Source: Eledone cirrhosa (lineage: Eukaryota). Taken from it: a stretch of DNA of 64,000 nucleotides. The position numbers and the translations under genes are program-made. Location: the NCBI GenBank assembly GCA_964016885.1, contig OZ024757.1, forward strand, positions 35,340,001 to 35,404,000, in the 5' to 3' direction. Shown here piece by piece: positions 42,341 to 58,004 of the stretch; the stretch's first letter is position 1; each line of letters begins with the position of its first letter. The notes under the pieces are model-generated. The model worked only from the letters and a program-made list of their open reading frames with translations. It made no database searches and was not told the origin of the DNA.

Positions 42341-42710
42341 GCAATATTAGTAGTAGTATTGGTGTTATTATTATTGTATTGGCAGAATCGGTAGAGCTTC
42401 GGACAAAATGCTTTACGGTATGAGTTCAAATCCCGCCGAGGTTGACTTTGCCTTTCATCCTTACGGGGTCGATAAAATAAAGTACCAGTAATGTACTGGG
42501 TAATTGCTGGCCTTGTGCCAAAAGTAGAAACAATTATTACTATTATTATTATTATTATTACATACATACACATACATACACACACATACATACACACACA
42601 TACATACACACACATACACACACACACATACATACATGCACATACATATATACATACATACACACACACACATACATACATGCACATACATATATACATA
42701 CATACACACA

Positions 42711-42770
<60 letters not shown>

Positions 42771-42943
42771 GTTACCTCCCTGTATGATCTGAGTTCAAAT
42801 CCCGCCGAGGTTAACTTTGCCTTTCATCCTTCCGGGATCGATAAAATAAAGTACCAGTAATGCACTGGGTAATTTGCTGGCCTTGTGCCAAAACTAGAAA
42901 CAATTATTATTAATAGTAGTAGTAGTAGTAGTAGTAGTAGTAA

Positions 42944-42974
<31 letters not shown>

Positions 42975-43168
42975 GTAGTATCAGTGGTGTAATGGTGGGA
43001 CGCAGGAGGAAGGTCACTAGATCACTTATATCTATTACTTTATAATCACAGTGTGAATACTAATGTATTAAGTAACTAAATTGGTTGCTGACAAAAAAAC
43101 AAAAACATTCAACAACAGCAGAATCCCAGCACAAGCAACATAACAGGAGAATAAACATACACACATAC

Positions 43169-43209
<41 letters not shown>

Positions 43210-43252
43210 CATACATACATACATACACACATACATACACACATACATACAT

Positions 43253-43283
<31 letters not shown>

Positions 43284-43381
43284 TACATACATACATACAT
43301 ACACACATACATACATACATACATACACACATACATACATACATACATACATACATACATGCACATACATATATACATACA

Positions 43382-43413
<32 letters not shown>

Positions 43414-43697
43414 CATACACACACATACACCTACACACATACATACATGCACATACATATATACATACATACACACACACATACATACATACACACATAC
43501 ACATACACACACACACATACATACATACACATACATACATACATACATATATACATGCACATAGACACACACACATACATACACACACACATACATACAT
43601 GCACACACATACATACATGCACACACACACATACATACAGACACAGGCATACATACACAGGCATACTTATACATACCTACACATATTCACAAACATA

Positions 43698-43950
43698 CAC
43701 ATACACACATAGACATACACATAAACATACTCATACACACAGACATAATCATACTCACATACACACATAGACATACACATAAACATACTCATACACACAG
43801 ACATAATCATACTCACATACACACATAGACATACACATAAACATACTCATACACACAGACATAATCATACTCACATACACACATAGACATACACATAAAC
43901 ATACTCATACACACAGACATAATCATACTCACATACACACATAGACATAC
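43698..43950. repeat. 58-bp CA-derived minisatellite, about 4 copies
   Basis: acatacacacatagacatacacataaacatactcatacacacagacataatcatactc repeated. Confidence 0.85.
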
Positions 43951-44031
43951 ACATACTCAGAGACACACAAATACTCACACACACGCACTCACACTCATAC
44001 GCATACACACAATCCTTTTCACACACAGACA

Positions 44032-44127
<96 letters not shown>

Positions 44128-44366
44128 CATATATGTGAATGCATGTGTGTTTGGGTTGACCGAAATCGCAATGATCTATTCTGTGAAGCAGCTGATGAAG
44201 CAGCTGATGAAGGTGATAGAGGCTTTTGTTCGGCAGTTTTCTGTATTCATTTCCCTTTCTCGTATGCATTCCCCACCACATACGTATAAATAAACATTCA
44301 TACACACGTGTGTGTGTGTGTGTGTGTGTTTGTTTATGTACATGTATACGTAGATATGTATATATG

Positions 44367-44407
<41 letters not shown>

Positions 44408-45015
44408 TTATGTCAGGTCACCAGTTGGTGCTACTGGTAACATGTATCCCAGTACAACCTGTCTCATGGTCGGATCGTTGGCGACTAAACTGGCAACCCC
44501 ACCAAGGTTTCTCGGTGAGGAGGGTGACTTTGGACATCCTGCAGGACTAAAAACAAAACCTGTCAAAGGGAAAAGGAGCTCTTTAGAGTCAATGGCCATC
44601 CCAAATCACTGGGAGAGATGACCCATTAGCCTTTGACAAGGCAGAATTCTAGGAGAAGGAAAACTCTGATATAACACCTACAACCCTAATGGTATCCAAT
44701 GATGTTGACATGTTCTTCTTTTTGGTAAATATCATCTTGGTTAAGAGAGTGGGACTGGCTTTGTGCAGTGCTTTTGCTCACTATAAAAGCTTCACGGCAC
44801 AGGCATTGCTTTATATCTGGAGATCTCTCTGCACTTGTCGTCACATGGTACCATGGGCCCAGCACTATGTGTCAATAATTGTCACAAGTGTAGTGTTTCT
44901 ACCAGAGTTTTCAAGTCGCTGGCTGGACTAAAAAGTCACTCGTTCAGCGCATCGGTAGGGGTTCTCCTATATGGATATAAAGTAGTGGCCGTACTCGAAA
45001 ACGAGTTGGCAGCCA

Positions 45016-45082
<67 letters not shown>

Positions 45083-45123
45083 TACACACACACACACACA
45101 TATATACGTCCATATATATACTG

Positions 45124-45196
<73 letters not shown>

Positions 45197-45210
45197 CGTA
45201 TGCATGTATG

Positions 45211-45249
<39 letters not shown>

Positions 45250-45332
45250 GGAGGTGAGTTTTATTGTAGTACAATAAAGCAATGCAGATATCGGATAAGA
45301 AGCACTCTACAGTTTGTGGGACTGGAGTATGC

Positions 45333-45668
45333 ATAATATAAGATCAAAAGATGGTTAAAGGAGTTCCATATATTTTATTATGCGCATTTCAAAAACAAAC
45401 ATCATCAAACAATAATATTTGCGTTTTCATCAGATAAAACAGGAGAACATGATATGAAGGCTAAAAAACACTTGTTGATAGTGCAGTTTTAAATCAACAT
45501 ATGTTGATTTAAAACTGCACTATCAACAAGTGTTTTTTAGCCTTCATATCATGTTCTCCTGTTTTATCTGATGAAAACGCAAATATTATTGTTTGATGAT
45601 GTTTGTTTTTGAAATGCGCATAATAAAATATATGGAACTCCTTTAACCATCTTTTGATCTTATATTAT
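45333..45668. repeat. Perfect 336-bp palindrome containing two family-A' hammerheads (45371-45441 minus; 45560-45630 plus)
   Basis: Checked block by block: 168-bp arms are exact reverse complements with no spacer; centre tcaacat|atgttga at 45500/45501. Confidence 0.95.
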
Positions 45669-46501
45669 ATATATATGTATGTATATCAGTGTATCAACTT
45701 AATAAAACATGTGTTGATCTGATTAGTGGTGACGTTTAATTAGTGTGAAAGTTGACCGTCCAATCAGATCTCGTGAAATATGCCTCGGTATGAATTAACT
45801 GGAATTTGTTGTTGTTAGTGTTGATGTTGTTGTTGGTGGTGTTGTTGTTGGTGGCGATGGTGGTGGTGTTGTTGTTGTTAGTGTTGTTGTTGTGACTGTT
45901 GTTAGTGTTGTTGTTGGTGGCGATGGTGGTGGTGTTGTTGTGTTGGTGTTGTAAATGTGGTGTATGTTGTGTTATGATGGTGGTATTGTAATGGTGTTGT
46001 GTTGTAATGGTGTTGTGTTGTAATGGTGTTGTGTTGTAATGGTATTGTGTTGTAATGATGTTGTATTGCGTTATGGAGGTGCTGTGTGTTGTGTTAGGAT
46101 AGTGGTGTGTTGTGATGGGGTTGTGTTGTGATATGATGGTGGTGTGTTGTGTTGTGATGTGATGGTGGTGTGTTGTGTTGTGATGGTGGTGTGTTGTGTT
46201 GTGATGGTGTTGTGTTGTGTTGTGGTGTGTTGTGTTGTGGTGTGTTGTGTTGTGTGGTGGTGTGTTGTGTTGTGATGGTGGTGTGTTGTGTTGTGATTGT
46301 GGTGTGTTGTGATGTGATGGTGGTGTGTTGTGTTATGATGGTGGTGTGTTGTGTTGTGATGGTGGTGTGTTGTGTGGTGGTGTGTTGTGTTGTGTGGTGG
46401 TGTATTGTGTTGTGATGGTGGTGTGTTGTGTTGTGATGGTGGTGTGTTGTGATGTGATGGTGGTGTGTTGTGATGTGATGATGGTGTGTTGTGTTGTGTT
46501 A

Positions 46502-47832
46502 TGGTGATAGTGGTGGTAGGGTGTTATAACGGCGGTGTGTTGTGTTAGGGTAGTAGTGGTGGTAGGGTGTTATAACGGCGGTGTGTTGTGTTAAGGTGGT
46601 AGTGGTGGTAGGGTGTTATAACGGCGGTGTGTTGTGTTATGGTGGTAGTGGTGGTAGGGTGTTATAACGGCGGTGTGTTGTGTTAAGGTGGTAGTGGTGG
46701 TAGGGTGTTATAACGGCAGTGTGTTGTGTTATCGTGGTAGTGGTGGTAGGGTGTTATAACGGCGGTGTGTTGTGTTAAGGTGGTAGTGGTGGTAGGGTGT
46801 TATAACGGCGGTGTGTTGTGTTATGGTGGTAGTGGTGGTAGGGTGTTATAACGGCGGTGTGTTGTGTTATGGTGGTAGTGGTGGTAGGGTGTTATAACGG
46901 CGGTGTGTTGTGTTATGGTGGTAGTGGTGGTAGGGTGTTATAACGGCGGTGTGTTGTGTTAAGGTGGTAGTGGTGGTAGGGTGTTATAACGGCGGTGTGT
47001 TGTGTTAAGGTGGTAGTGGTGGTAGGGTGTTATAACGGCGGTGTGTTGTGTTAAGGTGGTAGTGGTGGTAGGGTGTTATAACGGCAGTGTGTTGTGTTAT
47101 GGTGGTAGTGGTGGTAGGGTGTTATAACGGCGGTGTGTTGTGTTAAGGTGGTAGTGGTGGTAGGGTGTTATGACGGCAGTGTGTTGTGTTATAGGGGTAG
47201 TGGTGGTAGGGTGTTATGACGGCAGTGTGTTGTGTTATAGGGGTAGTGGTGGTAGGGTGTTATAACGGCGGTGTGTTGTGTTATGGTGGTAGTGGTGGTA
47301 GGGTGTTATAACGGCGGTGTGTTGTGTTAAGGTGGTAGTGGTGGTAGGGTGTTATAACGGCAGTGTGTTGTGTTATGGTGGTAGTGGTGGTAGGGTGTTA
47401 TAACGGCGGTGTGTTGTGTTAAGGTGGTAGTGGTGGTAGGGTGTTATAACGGCGGTGTGTTGTGTTAAGGTGGTAGTGGTGGTAGGGTGTTATAACGGCG
47501 GTGTGTTGTGTTAAGGTGGTAGTGGTGGTAGGGTGTTATGACGGCAGTGTGTTGTGTTATAGGGGTAGTGGTGGTAGGGTGTTATAACGGCGGTGTGTTG
47601 TGTTATGGTGGTAGTGGTGGTAGGGTGTTATAACGGCGGTGTGATGTGTTATGGTGGTAGTGGTGGTAGGGTGTTATAACGGCGGTGTGTTGTGTTATGG
47701 TGGTAGTGGTGGTAGGGTGTTATAACGGCGGTGTGTTGTGTTATGGTGGTAGTGGTGGTAGGGTGTTATAACGGCGGTGTGTTGTGTTATGGTGGTAGTG
47801 GTGGTAGGGTGTTATGACGGCGGTGTGTTGTG
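46502..47832. repeat. 46-bp G/T-rich minisatellite, about 29 copies
   Basis: Unit ggtggtagtggtggtagggtgttataacggcggtgtgttgtgttat. Confidence 0.95.
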
Positions 47833-48052
47833 TATGTTACGGTGACAAGATGTTAAAGTAGTCGATCTCTATTTAGATATCAGATCTATAGACGAGATAT
47901 TTGAAATGCTGCCAATATCATTAAATAAACATATAATGTCACTCTGAAAATATAATATATATAATAGGAAAATAAAATATATGGAATAATGAAAAAATAT
48001 AAAAACGAAAAATTATATAGCAAAATGAAAAAAATGGAATATATATAAAATG

Positions 48053-48103
<51 letters not shown>

Positions 48104-48173
48104 TAAATAAATAAGAATAATATATAAAAACACGATAAGATAATAAATAGAAAAAGGAAAAACTATGGTGTAT

Positions 48174-48218
<45 letters not shown>

Positions 48219-48298
48219 TATATATAATTTATATATATATATATATAAATATATATATAATTCATATATATATATATATATAGATAAATATATATATA

Positions 48299-48333
<35 letters not shown>

Positions 48334-48381
48334 TATATATAATTTATATATATATAATTTTATATATATATATATATATAC

Positions 48382-48474
<93 letters not shown>

Positions 48475-48515
48475 CATATATATATACATATATATATATA
48501 CATATATATATATAC

Positions 48516-48669
<154 letters not shown>

Positions 48670-48678
48670 TATATACAC

Positions 48679-48768
<90 letters not shown>

Positions 48769-49110
48769 GAAAAATGCAAAAATGCAAAAAAAAAACAAAA
48801 AAACAAATATGGAATGAAAAAATGAAGAACTAGTAAAATGAAAAAGAAAAAGGAAAAATCTTTTTTAAAAATCACTGAAAAATTATGTAAATTGTATGAA
48901 GAAGACAGCAAAAGTGTGGCTAACAAGACTAGGAATAGGAAGGACAAGTACTACAATGAAAGTCTTTCATTGTTGTATATACGGTATAATTAATAAAGTG
49001 ACGGCTTTGGTTTTTATCTCAGTAATTTGTAGGAAATCATTTATAGCAAAGCGGCGTCAAATTCCAGCGACGTAATATATACATAAACATACACTCATAT
49101 ATATATAATA

Positions 49111-49159
<49 letters not shown>

Positions 49160-49170
49160 ATATATATATA

Positions 49171-49277
<107 letters not shown>

Positions 49278-49418
49278 ATATATATATATATATATATGTG
49301 TGTGTATATATATATGTATATATATATGTGTGTATATATATATGTATATATATATGTGTGTGTATATATATATGTATATATATATGTGTGTGTATATATA
49401 TATATATATATATGTATG

Positions 49419-49530
<112 letters not shown>

Positions 49531-49534
49531 TGCA

Positions 49535-49580
<46 letters not shown>

Positions 49581-49587
49581 TATATGC

Positions 49588-49688
<101 letters not shown>

Positions 49689-49734
49689 TATACATATATA
49701 TGCATATATATGCATATATATATATACATATATA

Positions 49735-49856
<122 letters not shown>

Positions 49857-50805
49857 TATGCATATATATATATATATATGTATACATATATGCATATATA
49901 TATATATATATGTATACATATATGCATATATATATATATATATATACATATATATGCATATATATATACAAATTTTAGTTTAGAACATTTATTAGCTGAC
50001 AATTGTTTCTTCCAGAGGGAAGTCTGGATTCATCGGAGCATAAGGAATATCGAAACATGTAACTAAAATCCCAGTCATTTAGAACATTTAGGGTACATAA
50101 TTCTTATTAGTGTCAAAGGCATCATGTGGAGAGTCGGGAGTTAAAAGGATGTTCTACTTGAAAGAACACAATGACAGGCAGCACTGGTTGGAAGTGTAAT
50201 AGGTATAAGTAGGAAGCACAAGCAAAAAAATCACAAGCTAAAAAAATCGCAAGCTAAAGGAACGGGAAAAAATATTATAAGCAAGGAAAATTGGTGTACA
50301 ATGCAGGAGTCAATAGAGTCAATAAGGCATGTGTGAGGAAAGAGTTATAATGAAGTTGAAATAAACATATTTTGTGTGGGGTGTTAAAGCATGTTATAAT
50401 TGTTATAAATGTTTAAAATAGTGTTCAGTTTGTTAGAGAGGCATGTGCTGATAATGTAGGTATTTGTTATGTAAGGTGTAATGTAAAGCACGTGATAGAG
50501 TTGGATAGGTGATTTTCATTTAAGTGTTTTTGTGTTGTAGTTCGTATGTATGTGTGTGTGTTGTTTGTTACTCACAGCTATTAACCATGGAATTATTTTG
50601 AGTCGTTTATAGTCAATAAGTGTTTGTTTGTTAAATGCAAATTCCGCTGAATTACTGGCCATGTTGTTATTTTATGTATATTATCTTATGCATTTTTTAT
50701 CTACAAATTATCTTTTCTAGAGTTTGTATTAACCGTTACTAAGCTGTTGGTGAACCGCTATATACGCCTATATGTATATATATATGTATATATATATATA
50801 TATAT

Positions 50806-50863
<58 letters not shown>

Positions 50864-51336
50864 CTCCAGTTCCCCAGTGAATTAACAACCCAGCAAGGAA
50901 CTGGGCATATCAGAGTATTGACAATATCATACACCTAAACAACATATGTACTTGTCTATACCATACTAATTCAAACTGCCTGAAGAGGTCACAGCCAAAG
51001 ATGGCTGTCACTGAAATATATATAGCAGTAATAAACGAAGCTAAATTTTAATCATTTGACTTTTATTTAACTTTATTTTATATATATATATATATATAGA
51101 TAAATGGAATAGAATGAACCGAAATTTCATTTCTCACTCTTAGTACGGCACTTACTTAAAAAAAAAGGTGACGTGGTTGCCTAAACACTACGGCGTAATT
51201 CGGGCTGTTTGTTTGTTTACAAACGGACAAACCGAGCATTATAATAAATATTCGGTAAACCGATACGTGCATATATATATGTGTGCATGGTGCATGTGTG
51301 TATATATATACATACTACTGTACGTATACATACATA

Positions 51337-51389
<53 letters not shown>

Positions 51390-52511
51390 AAAAAAAGATG
51401 AAATCGAAAATGCAACTGGAGTCTTATTTTTAAAAAAATCTATATATTTATTTGGTTCCTTTACAACAAGCAAATATTTTTATAACTGATATAAAGCACT
51501 CAACAAATTATTGGAGTAAAAATACGATATATTAACAAATGGAAACTATATTTATAAAACCATATTTAAGGGTATGTCAATATTTATTTATAAAACTGAT
51601 CTATATTATATTTTATCTTATGAGAGCACATCATAATTTAACTTGGTGTCCTTGAAATATGTATAATGAAATAAATATGGTTTTATAGATATAGTTTCCA
51701 TTTGTTAATATATCGTATATATATGTATATATATTTATATATGTATATACATACATATTTATATATATGTATATACATACATATTTATATATATATATAT
51801 ATAAATATGTATATACATACATATTTATATATATGTATATATATATTTATATATATGTAAGTACATATTTATATCTATTCGTCAATGAATTGGAAATGGC
51901 TCCTTTTCATAGAGAAAATCGGTAGAGAGTAGTGCGGAGACAGGGGAGGTAATTGTAGGAAATTAAGAATTAATTAATTGTTTCTACTTATGGCACAAGG
52001 CCAGCAATTACTCAGTGCATTACTGGTACTTTATTTTATCGACCCCGTAAGGATGAAAGGCAAAGTTAACCTCGGCGGATTTGAACTCAGATCATAAAGG
52101 GACGTAACTCTATGCTTCAAAGCATGGTGTCCGACTCTCTACCGATACTGTCAATCCACCTAATTAATTGTTTCTACTTTTGGCACAAGGCCACCAAATA
52201 CCCAGTACATTACTGGTACTTTATTTTATCGACCCCGTAAGGATGAAAGGCAAAGTTAACCTCGGCGGGACCCTAATTAATGAAAACGAATAAGCATTGG
52301 CATGTCTATTTAATTAGGGAATATGTTTTCCGTCTTGGATTCATTCCGCTTTGCGGTACTTTGTATAAGTGTTTTATGGTGGATTGGCAGTATCGGTAGA
52401 GCGTCAGACACCATGCTTTGTGGCCCTTTACTGTCTGAGTTCAAAATCCGCCGAGGTTAACTTTGCCTTTCATCCTTACGGGGTCGATAAAATAAAGGGC
52501 CAGTAATGTAT

Positions 52512-52572
<61 letters not shown>

Positions 52573-52717
52573 TATCTATCTATCTATCTATCTAGGTAGG
52601 GTAAAATCCCCGAGATCCATGGACGAGTTCTCTCCAGCGGTTTCTGTCACTCATTATCGCTGCCATGTCCTGCGTCTCCAACAGACCAGTGTCTGTCCTT
52701 AGGGCATCAACATACGA

Positions 52718-52890
52718 ATTGAGATTGAGGTTCTGTGGTTTTTCTCACACGTGAGAAAAACCACAGACCCTCCATCTCAATTCTACTTTTGAAAAACAGA
52801 ATAACTGCGAAACCGGTAAAGGAACCAAATAAATATATATTTAAAAAAAAAACTCCAGTTGCATTTTCGATTTCATCTTTTTTCCTTATA
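52718..52890 (+). mobile_element. Short element: 5' fold-back hairpin + degenerate hammerhead + tail (inverted tail copy at 51387-51463)
   Basis: Hairpin 52718-52782; ctt-tTGAAAA-acag[aataa]ctgc-GAAA-ccgg-TA-aag; AATAAA. Confidence 0.6.
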
Positions 52891-53448
52891 CTTTCACTCG
52901 TGTAGGACACCTAGGTTATTTTTCATTTTGTAAAAAATCTCACTTTCTAATATATATATTTATATATATATATAAGCTATCGCCGTATTTTGACTAAAGA
53001 AATTAAAGAAATTATTTAGCCTGATAGTGGGGTTAAGAACCCGCGGAGAAATGGAAAAAGATGAGTATTGACGTACATAGTTTATATAAGATTGGTATTT
53101 CTCACTACTACTCTTATCCCAAAATTTTACTTTCCTTCGTTTTTAACAACACTCTTTAATAACATCTAATTCTTATTTATCACTTTCATATGAATTAATA
53201 TAAATTTATCCCTATAAGTATACCTATCAATTAATTTAATTTCTTGTTATAGATCTAGATTCCTTGTGGTTTAAATAAGATTGGTATTTCTCACTAATAC
53301 CCTTACCCTAAAATTTTATTTTCCTTCGTTTTTAACATTATTCTTTAATAACATCAAATTTTCGTGTACCTTTAACTGGCTTGTCCTCTTTTCATCCCCA
53401 AAGTATTCTTTTCATTCAAAGTATTCTTTTCATGCAATTGGTATAAAT

Positions 53449-54776
53449 CATTGTTTCCCAAAGTGGGCGGTACCGCTTTGATATCGGGGGGCGGTTGGTG
53501 GGCGACAGTGTCGTATTAAAAAAAAGAAAAAAAAACAAGCTATTTATTGTTTAAATTTTAAACAATAAATAGCTTGTTTTTTTTCTTTTGTTTACAAATA
53601 TATTGCATATGTGTATTAAGCATTTATATAGAAATCTATAATAAAGACATCTAGACATCTGTAATATAAACATCTAGACATCTATAATAAAGGCATCTAG
53701 ACATCTATAATAAAGACATATAGACATCTATAATGAAGACATATAGACATCTATAATAAAGACATATAGACATCTAGAATAAAGACATATAGACATCTAG
53801 AATAAAGACATATAGACATCTATAATAAAGACATATAGACATCTATAATATAGACATATAGACATCTATAATGAAGACATATAGACATCTATAATAAAGA
53901 CATATAGACATCTAGAATAAAGACATATAGACATCTAGAATAAAGACATATAGACATCTATAATAAAGACATATAGACATCTATAATAAAGACATATAGA
54001 CATCTATAATAAAGACATATAGACATCTAGAATAAAGATATATAGACATCTATAATAAAGACATATAGACATCTATAATATAGACATATAGACATCTATA
54101 ATGAAGACATATAGACATCTATAATGAAGACATATAGACATCTATAATAAAGACATATAGACATCTATAATAAAGACATATAGACATCTATAATAAAGAC
54201 ATATAGACATCTATAATATAGACATATAGACATCTATAATGAAGACATATAGACATCTATAATGAAGACATATAGACATCTATAATGAAGACATATAGAC
54301 ATCTATAATAAAGACATATAGACATCTATAATAAAGACATATAGACATCTATAATAAAGATATATAGACATCCATAATAAAGACATATAGACATCTATAA
54401 TAAAGACATATAGACATCTATAATATAGACATATAGACATCTATAATATAGACATATAGACATCTATAATAAAGACATATAGACATCTATAATAAAGACA
54501 TAGACATCTATAATATAGACATCTATAATATAGACATCTATGAGACTGTGTAGATTCTAGACAATCTCGTAGATGTCTTTATTCTTATTGGCAAAATCAA
54601 ATTCTTTTTACATCTATGTTACTGATGATAAACTAACATCATCACCATCATTGTTTAATGTCCACTTTCTCTGCTAGTAAGGTTTGGATGTGTCATCACA
54701 GACTGATGGTGGGGGGCGCTGGGGGTATTACGTGGCCGTGAGGAGGAGGGGGGGCCCAAAAGCTTGAGAACCTCTG
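53449..54776. mobile_element. hAT (Charlie-like) non-autonomous element containing a minisatellite
   Basis: 8-bp TSD gtataaat at 53441-53448 and 54777-54784; termini cattgtttcccaa and ttgagaacctctg. Confidence 0.7.
53631..54541. repeat. About 23-bp minisatellite (aaagacatatagacatctataat), roughly 40 copies
   Basis: Tandem repeats visible. Confidence 0.95.
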
Positions 54777-55032
54777 GTATAAATGAATGTAAAACGAAAT
54801 ATGGCGATGGCTGGAGAAACAAGAGAGAGAAGATGAAGGATAATCCAGGATTCAAACATCTTTATATAGAATGTTGTCATCAAATAATGAGTAAATCCAA
54901 TCTTTTTACTCCATGTCTGTGTGTCTTAGTAGCACCATCATCTCCCTCCTGTAAGTCTGTGGTTAGTCGCTGTTCAAATCCCACACGCGTGTGTATTCAG
55001 AATTTAGAAACCTATAGTAGAGGTGTGTGGCC

Positions 55033-55453
55033 TTCTCAAGTGTGTTTCGAGCTCGGACCTCATCAGGCCACTGCTTGTACTGTGTTGAAATGGGAAGGAC
55101 ATATAGACATCTTTATGATGTAGTCCTAGACATATACCGCCTTGAAAAAGAACATAAGGCGATAGTGTCACGGCTGTTACACCTTTGGATCAGGGCTGAT
55201 TTAGTCTAAAGATTCTCAAGTATGTTTTGAGTTCGGGCCTCATCAGGCCACTGCTTGTACTGTGTTGGAATGGGAAGGACATATAGACATCTTTATGGTG
55301 TAGTCCTAGACATATACCGCCTTGAAAAAGAACATAAGGCGATAGTGTCACGGCTGTTACACCTTTGGATCAGGGCTGATTTAGTCTAAAGATTCTCAAG
55401 TATGTTTCGAGCTCGGACCTCATCAGGCCACTGCTTGTACTGTGTTGAAATGG
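55033..55453. repeat. 180-bp tandem repeat, 2.3 copies, each with hammerhead core boxes on the minus strand
   Basis: Exact 180-bp period; minus strand reads gtggc-CTGATGA-ggtccgagctc-GAAA (AAAA in the second copy). Confidence 0.85.
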
Positions 55454-55700
55454 CCCAGTGGTAAGGATGTTGAACTAACGATTATAATGTCGTGGATTTG
55501 ATTCATGGACTGGGCTGTGTGTTGTGTTCTTGAGCATTACACTTCATTTCACGTTGCTCCAGTGTACTCGGTTGAAAATGAGAGTACCAGTAATAGCTGG
55601 AGGTTTAACCCTGCGATAGACTGGCGTCCTGTCCGGGGGAAAGTCTTGAACTCTCAGGCGCTTCACGCCACACGAAACCGGGAACAGCACCGGACTAGAG
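55451..55700 (+). mobile_element. tRNA-derived CORE-like SINE (related partial copy 63570-63690)
   Basis: tggcccagtggtaagg A-box-like head; ttcttgagca..acacttcatttcac.ttgc body as at 4881. Confidence 0.7.
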
Positions 55701-55756
55701 AGAAACATAGACGCGCGTGTGTGTGTGTGTGTGTGGGGGGGGGTGTGTGTGTGTGT

Positions 55757-55798
<42 letters not shown>

Positions 55799-56202
55799 AG
55801 GGATTAGCTATTCATACCTTTTTACAGTCCTTAACCTCCGGTTATTGCCATATTTCATTTTTCATTCACAAACACATACATATATACACACGCAGACACA
55901 CACATATATATACACGCATACATATACACACATATATACACGCATACATATATACACAGGCAGACACACACACATACATACACACGCTCACACACACACA
56001 TACATATATAGACACGCAGACACAAACATACACACAAACATACATATATATATACACGCAGACACACATACATACACACGCGCACACACAAACATACACA
56101 CACACATACATATATAGACACGCAGACACAAACATATACACACGCGCACACACAAACATACATACACACGCGCACACACACACATACACAAACATACACA
56201 AA

Positions 56203-56237
<35 letters not shown>

Positions 56238-57248
56238 GCGCGCACATATATATACACATACAAACGTACAGACACACATATACACACAGACGTACATACC
56301 CAAACATATGCACACACAGACATACACATACACACATACATATACATACATACACATACACACACACAAATATAGACACAAACATATGCACAACGACATA
56401 CACACACAAACCAACGCACGCAGACATACACACAAACAAAATCACACACACATATACACATACAAACACACACATATGCACTCACAAACGCACGCAAACG
56501 TACATACACATAAACGTACAGATACAGAAACAAACACACATGCACACACATACTCACTCAAACACACATACACATAGACACACATATCAAACATAAACGT
56601 ACGCACACACATATATACACACATACCTACATACACAAACGTATACATACATATACACACACAAAGGAGCACACACAAATATACACACACACAGACTTAG
56701 ACACACAGATGCCTACATACACACACACACACACACACACAAACACACAGAAACAGACATACACAGACACAAACACATGGGCACAGACCCTCACACATAC
56801 AAATGCACACAAACATACACACAGGCATTCTCACGTAGACATACACATGCAGACATACACATACACGCACAAACTCACTAACACAAACAAACGCACACAA
56901 ACACATACATACACACTCACAAAACAAGCGCACATTACATACATACATGCGCACGTGTGAATGTGTGTGTGTATGTGTGAGTGCGCGTGTGTGTATGTGT
57001 GTTTTTGTCCGTTTTCGTGTGTGTGTGTTTTAGCGGCTGGCTATATATACGCGCGTGGATATGCGTGTATAAGTATATATGTGGGCGTATGCGTGTGAAT
57101 AAGTTTGTGTGTGTGTGTGTGGGAGAGAGAGTGCATGTGTCAGTGCGTGTGTGTGTATGTGCATAAATATACGTATGGGCGTGTGTGTATGTATGTGCAT
57201 GTATAGCTGATTGTCGTGTGTATGTCATACTGAATGAATAAATACATG

Positions 57249-57296
<48 letters not shown>

Positions 57297-57523
57297 AAAA
57301 GGTTTAACTCCGACGGCAGAGCTTAAGCCGTTTCGACGGCTATTTCTGGACTCGAAATGGCTTGAGCTCTGCCGTCGGGGTTAAACTTTTTCCTATTACC
57401 CACTCTACTACCCTAAGTATTGAGCACTCTGGTGCGTTATGGTCCATCTGGTTCCTTACCACACTTCCTTTGTTTTATATATATATATATATATATGTGT
57501 GTGTATGTATGTATATATATTTA

Positions 57524-57558
<35 letters not shown>

Positions 57559-57636
57559 GTATATATATATCTCTATATATATGTATGTATATGTATATAT
57601 ATTGTGTGTGTGTGTGTGTGTGTGTGTGTGCATATC

Positions 57637-57710
<74 letters not shown>

Positions 57711-57885
57711 TGTTAGAACATAACTCTATATACATTATAGACACAGAGAGCTATTTGCATATATATATATATATATATATTATATTTATATATATATATA
57801 TTTATACGTGGGAATGAATTGTAAACAGTAGTAGTAGTATTAGCAGTAGTAGTATTAGCAGTAGTAGTATTAGCAGTAGTAGTAT

Positions 57886-57923
<38 letters not shown>

Positions 57924-57961
57924 ATAGTAAAAAAGGAAAAGAAGAAGAAATGTTAAACTCA

Positions 57962-58004
<43 letters not shown>

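Noticed and set aside
41604-42765. Poly-Pro/Thr/Val ORFs resembling extensin or mucin (also 22021-23534 and 8990-9697)
   Set aside because: Trinucleotide or low-complexity repeats open in several frames, with no splice or domain support.
55870-57230. Switch from CA-rich to GT-rich sequence near 56950, suggesting a large inverted repeat
   Set aside because: The two sides are not sequence mirrors beyond composition.
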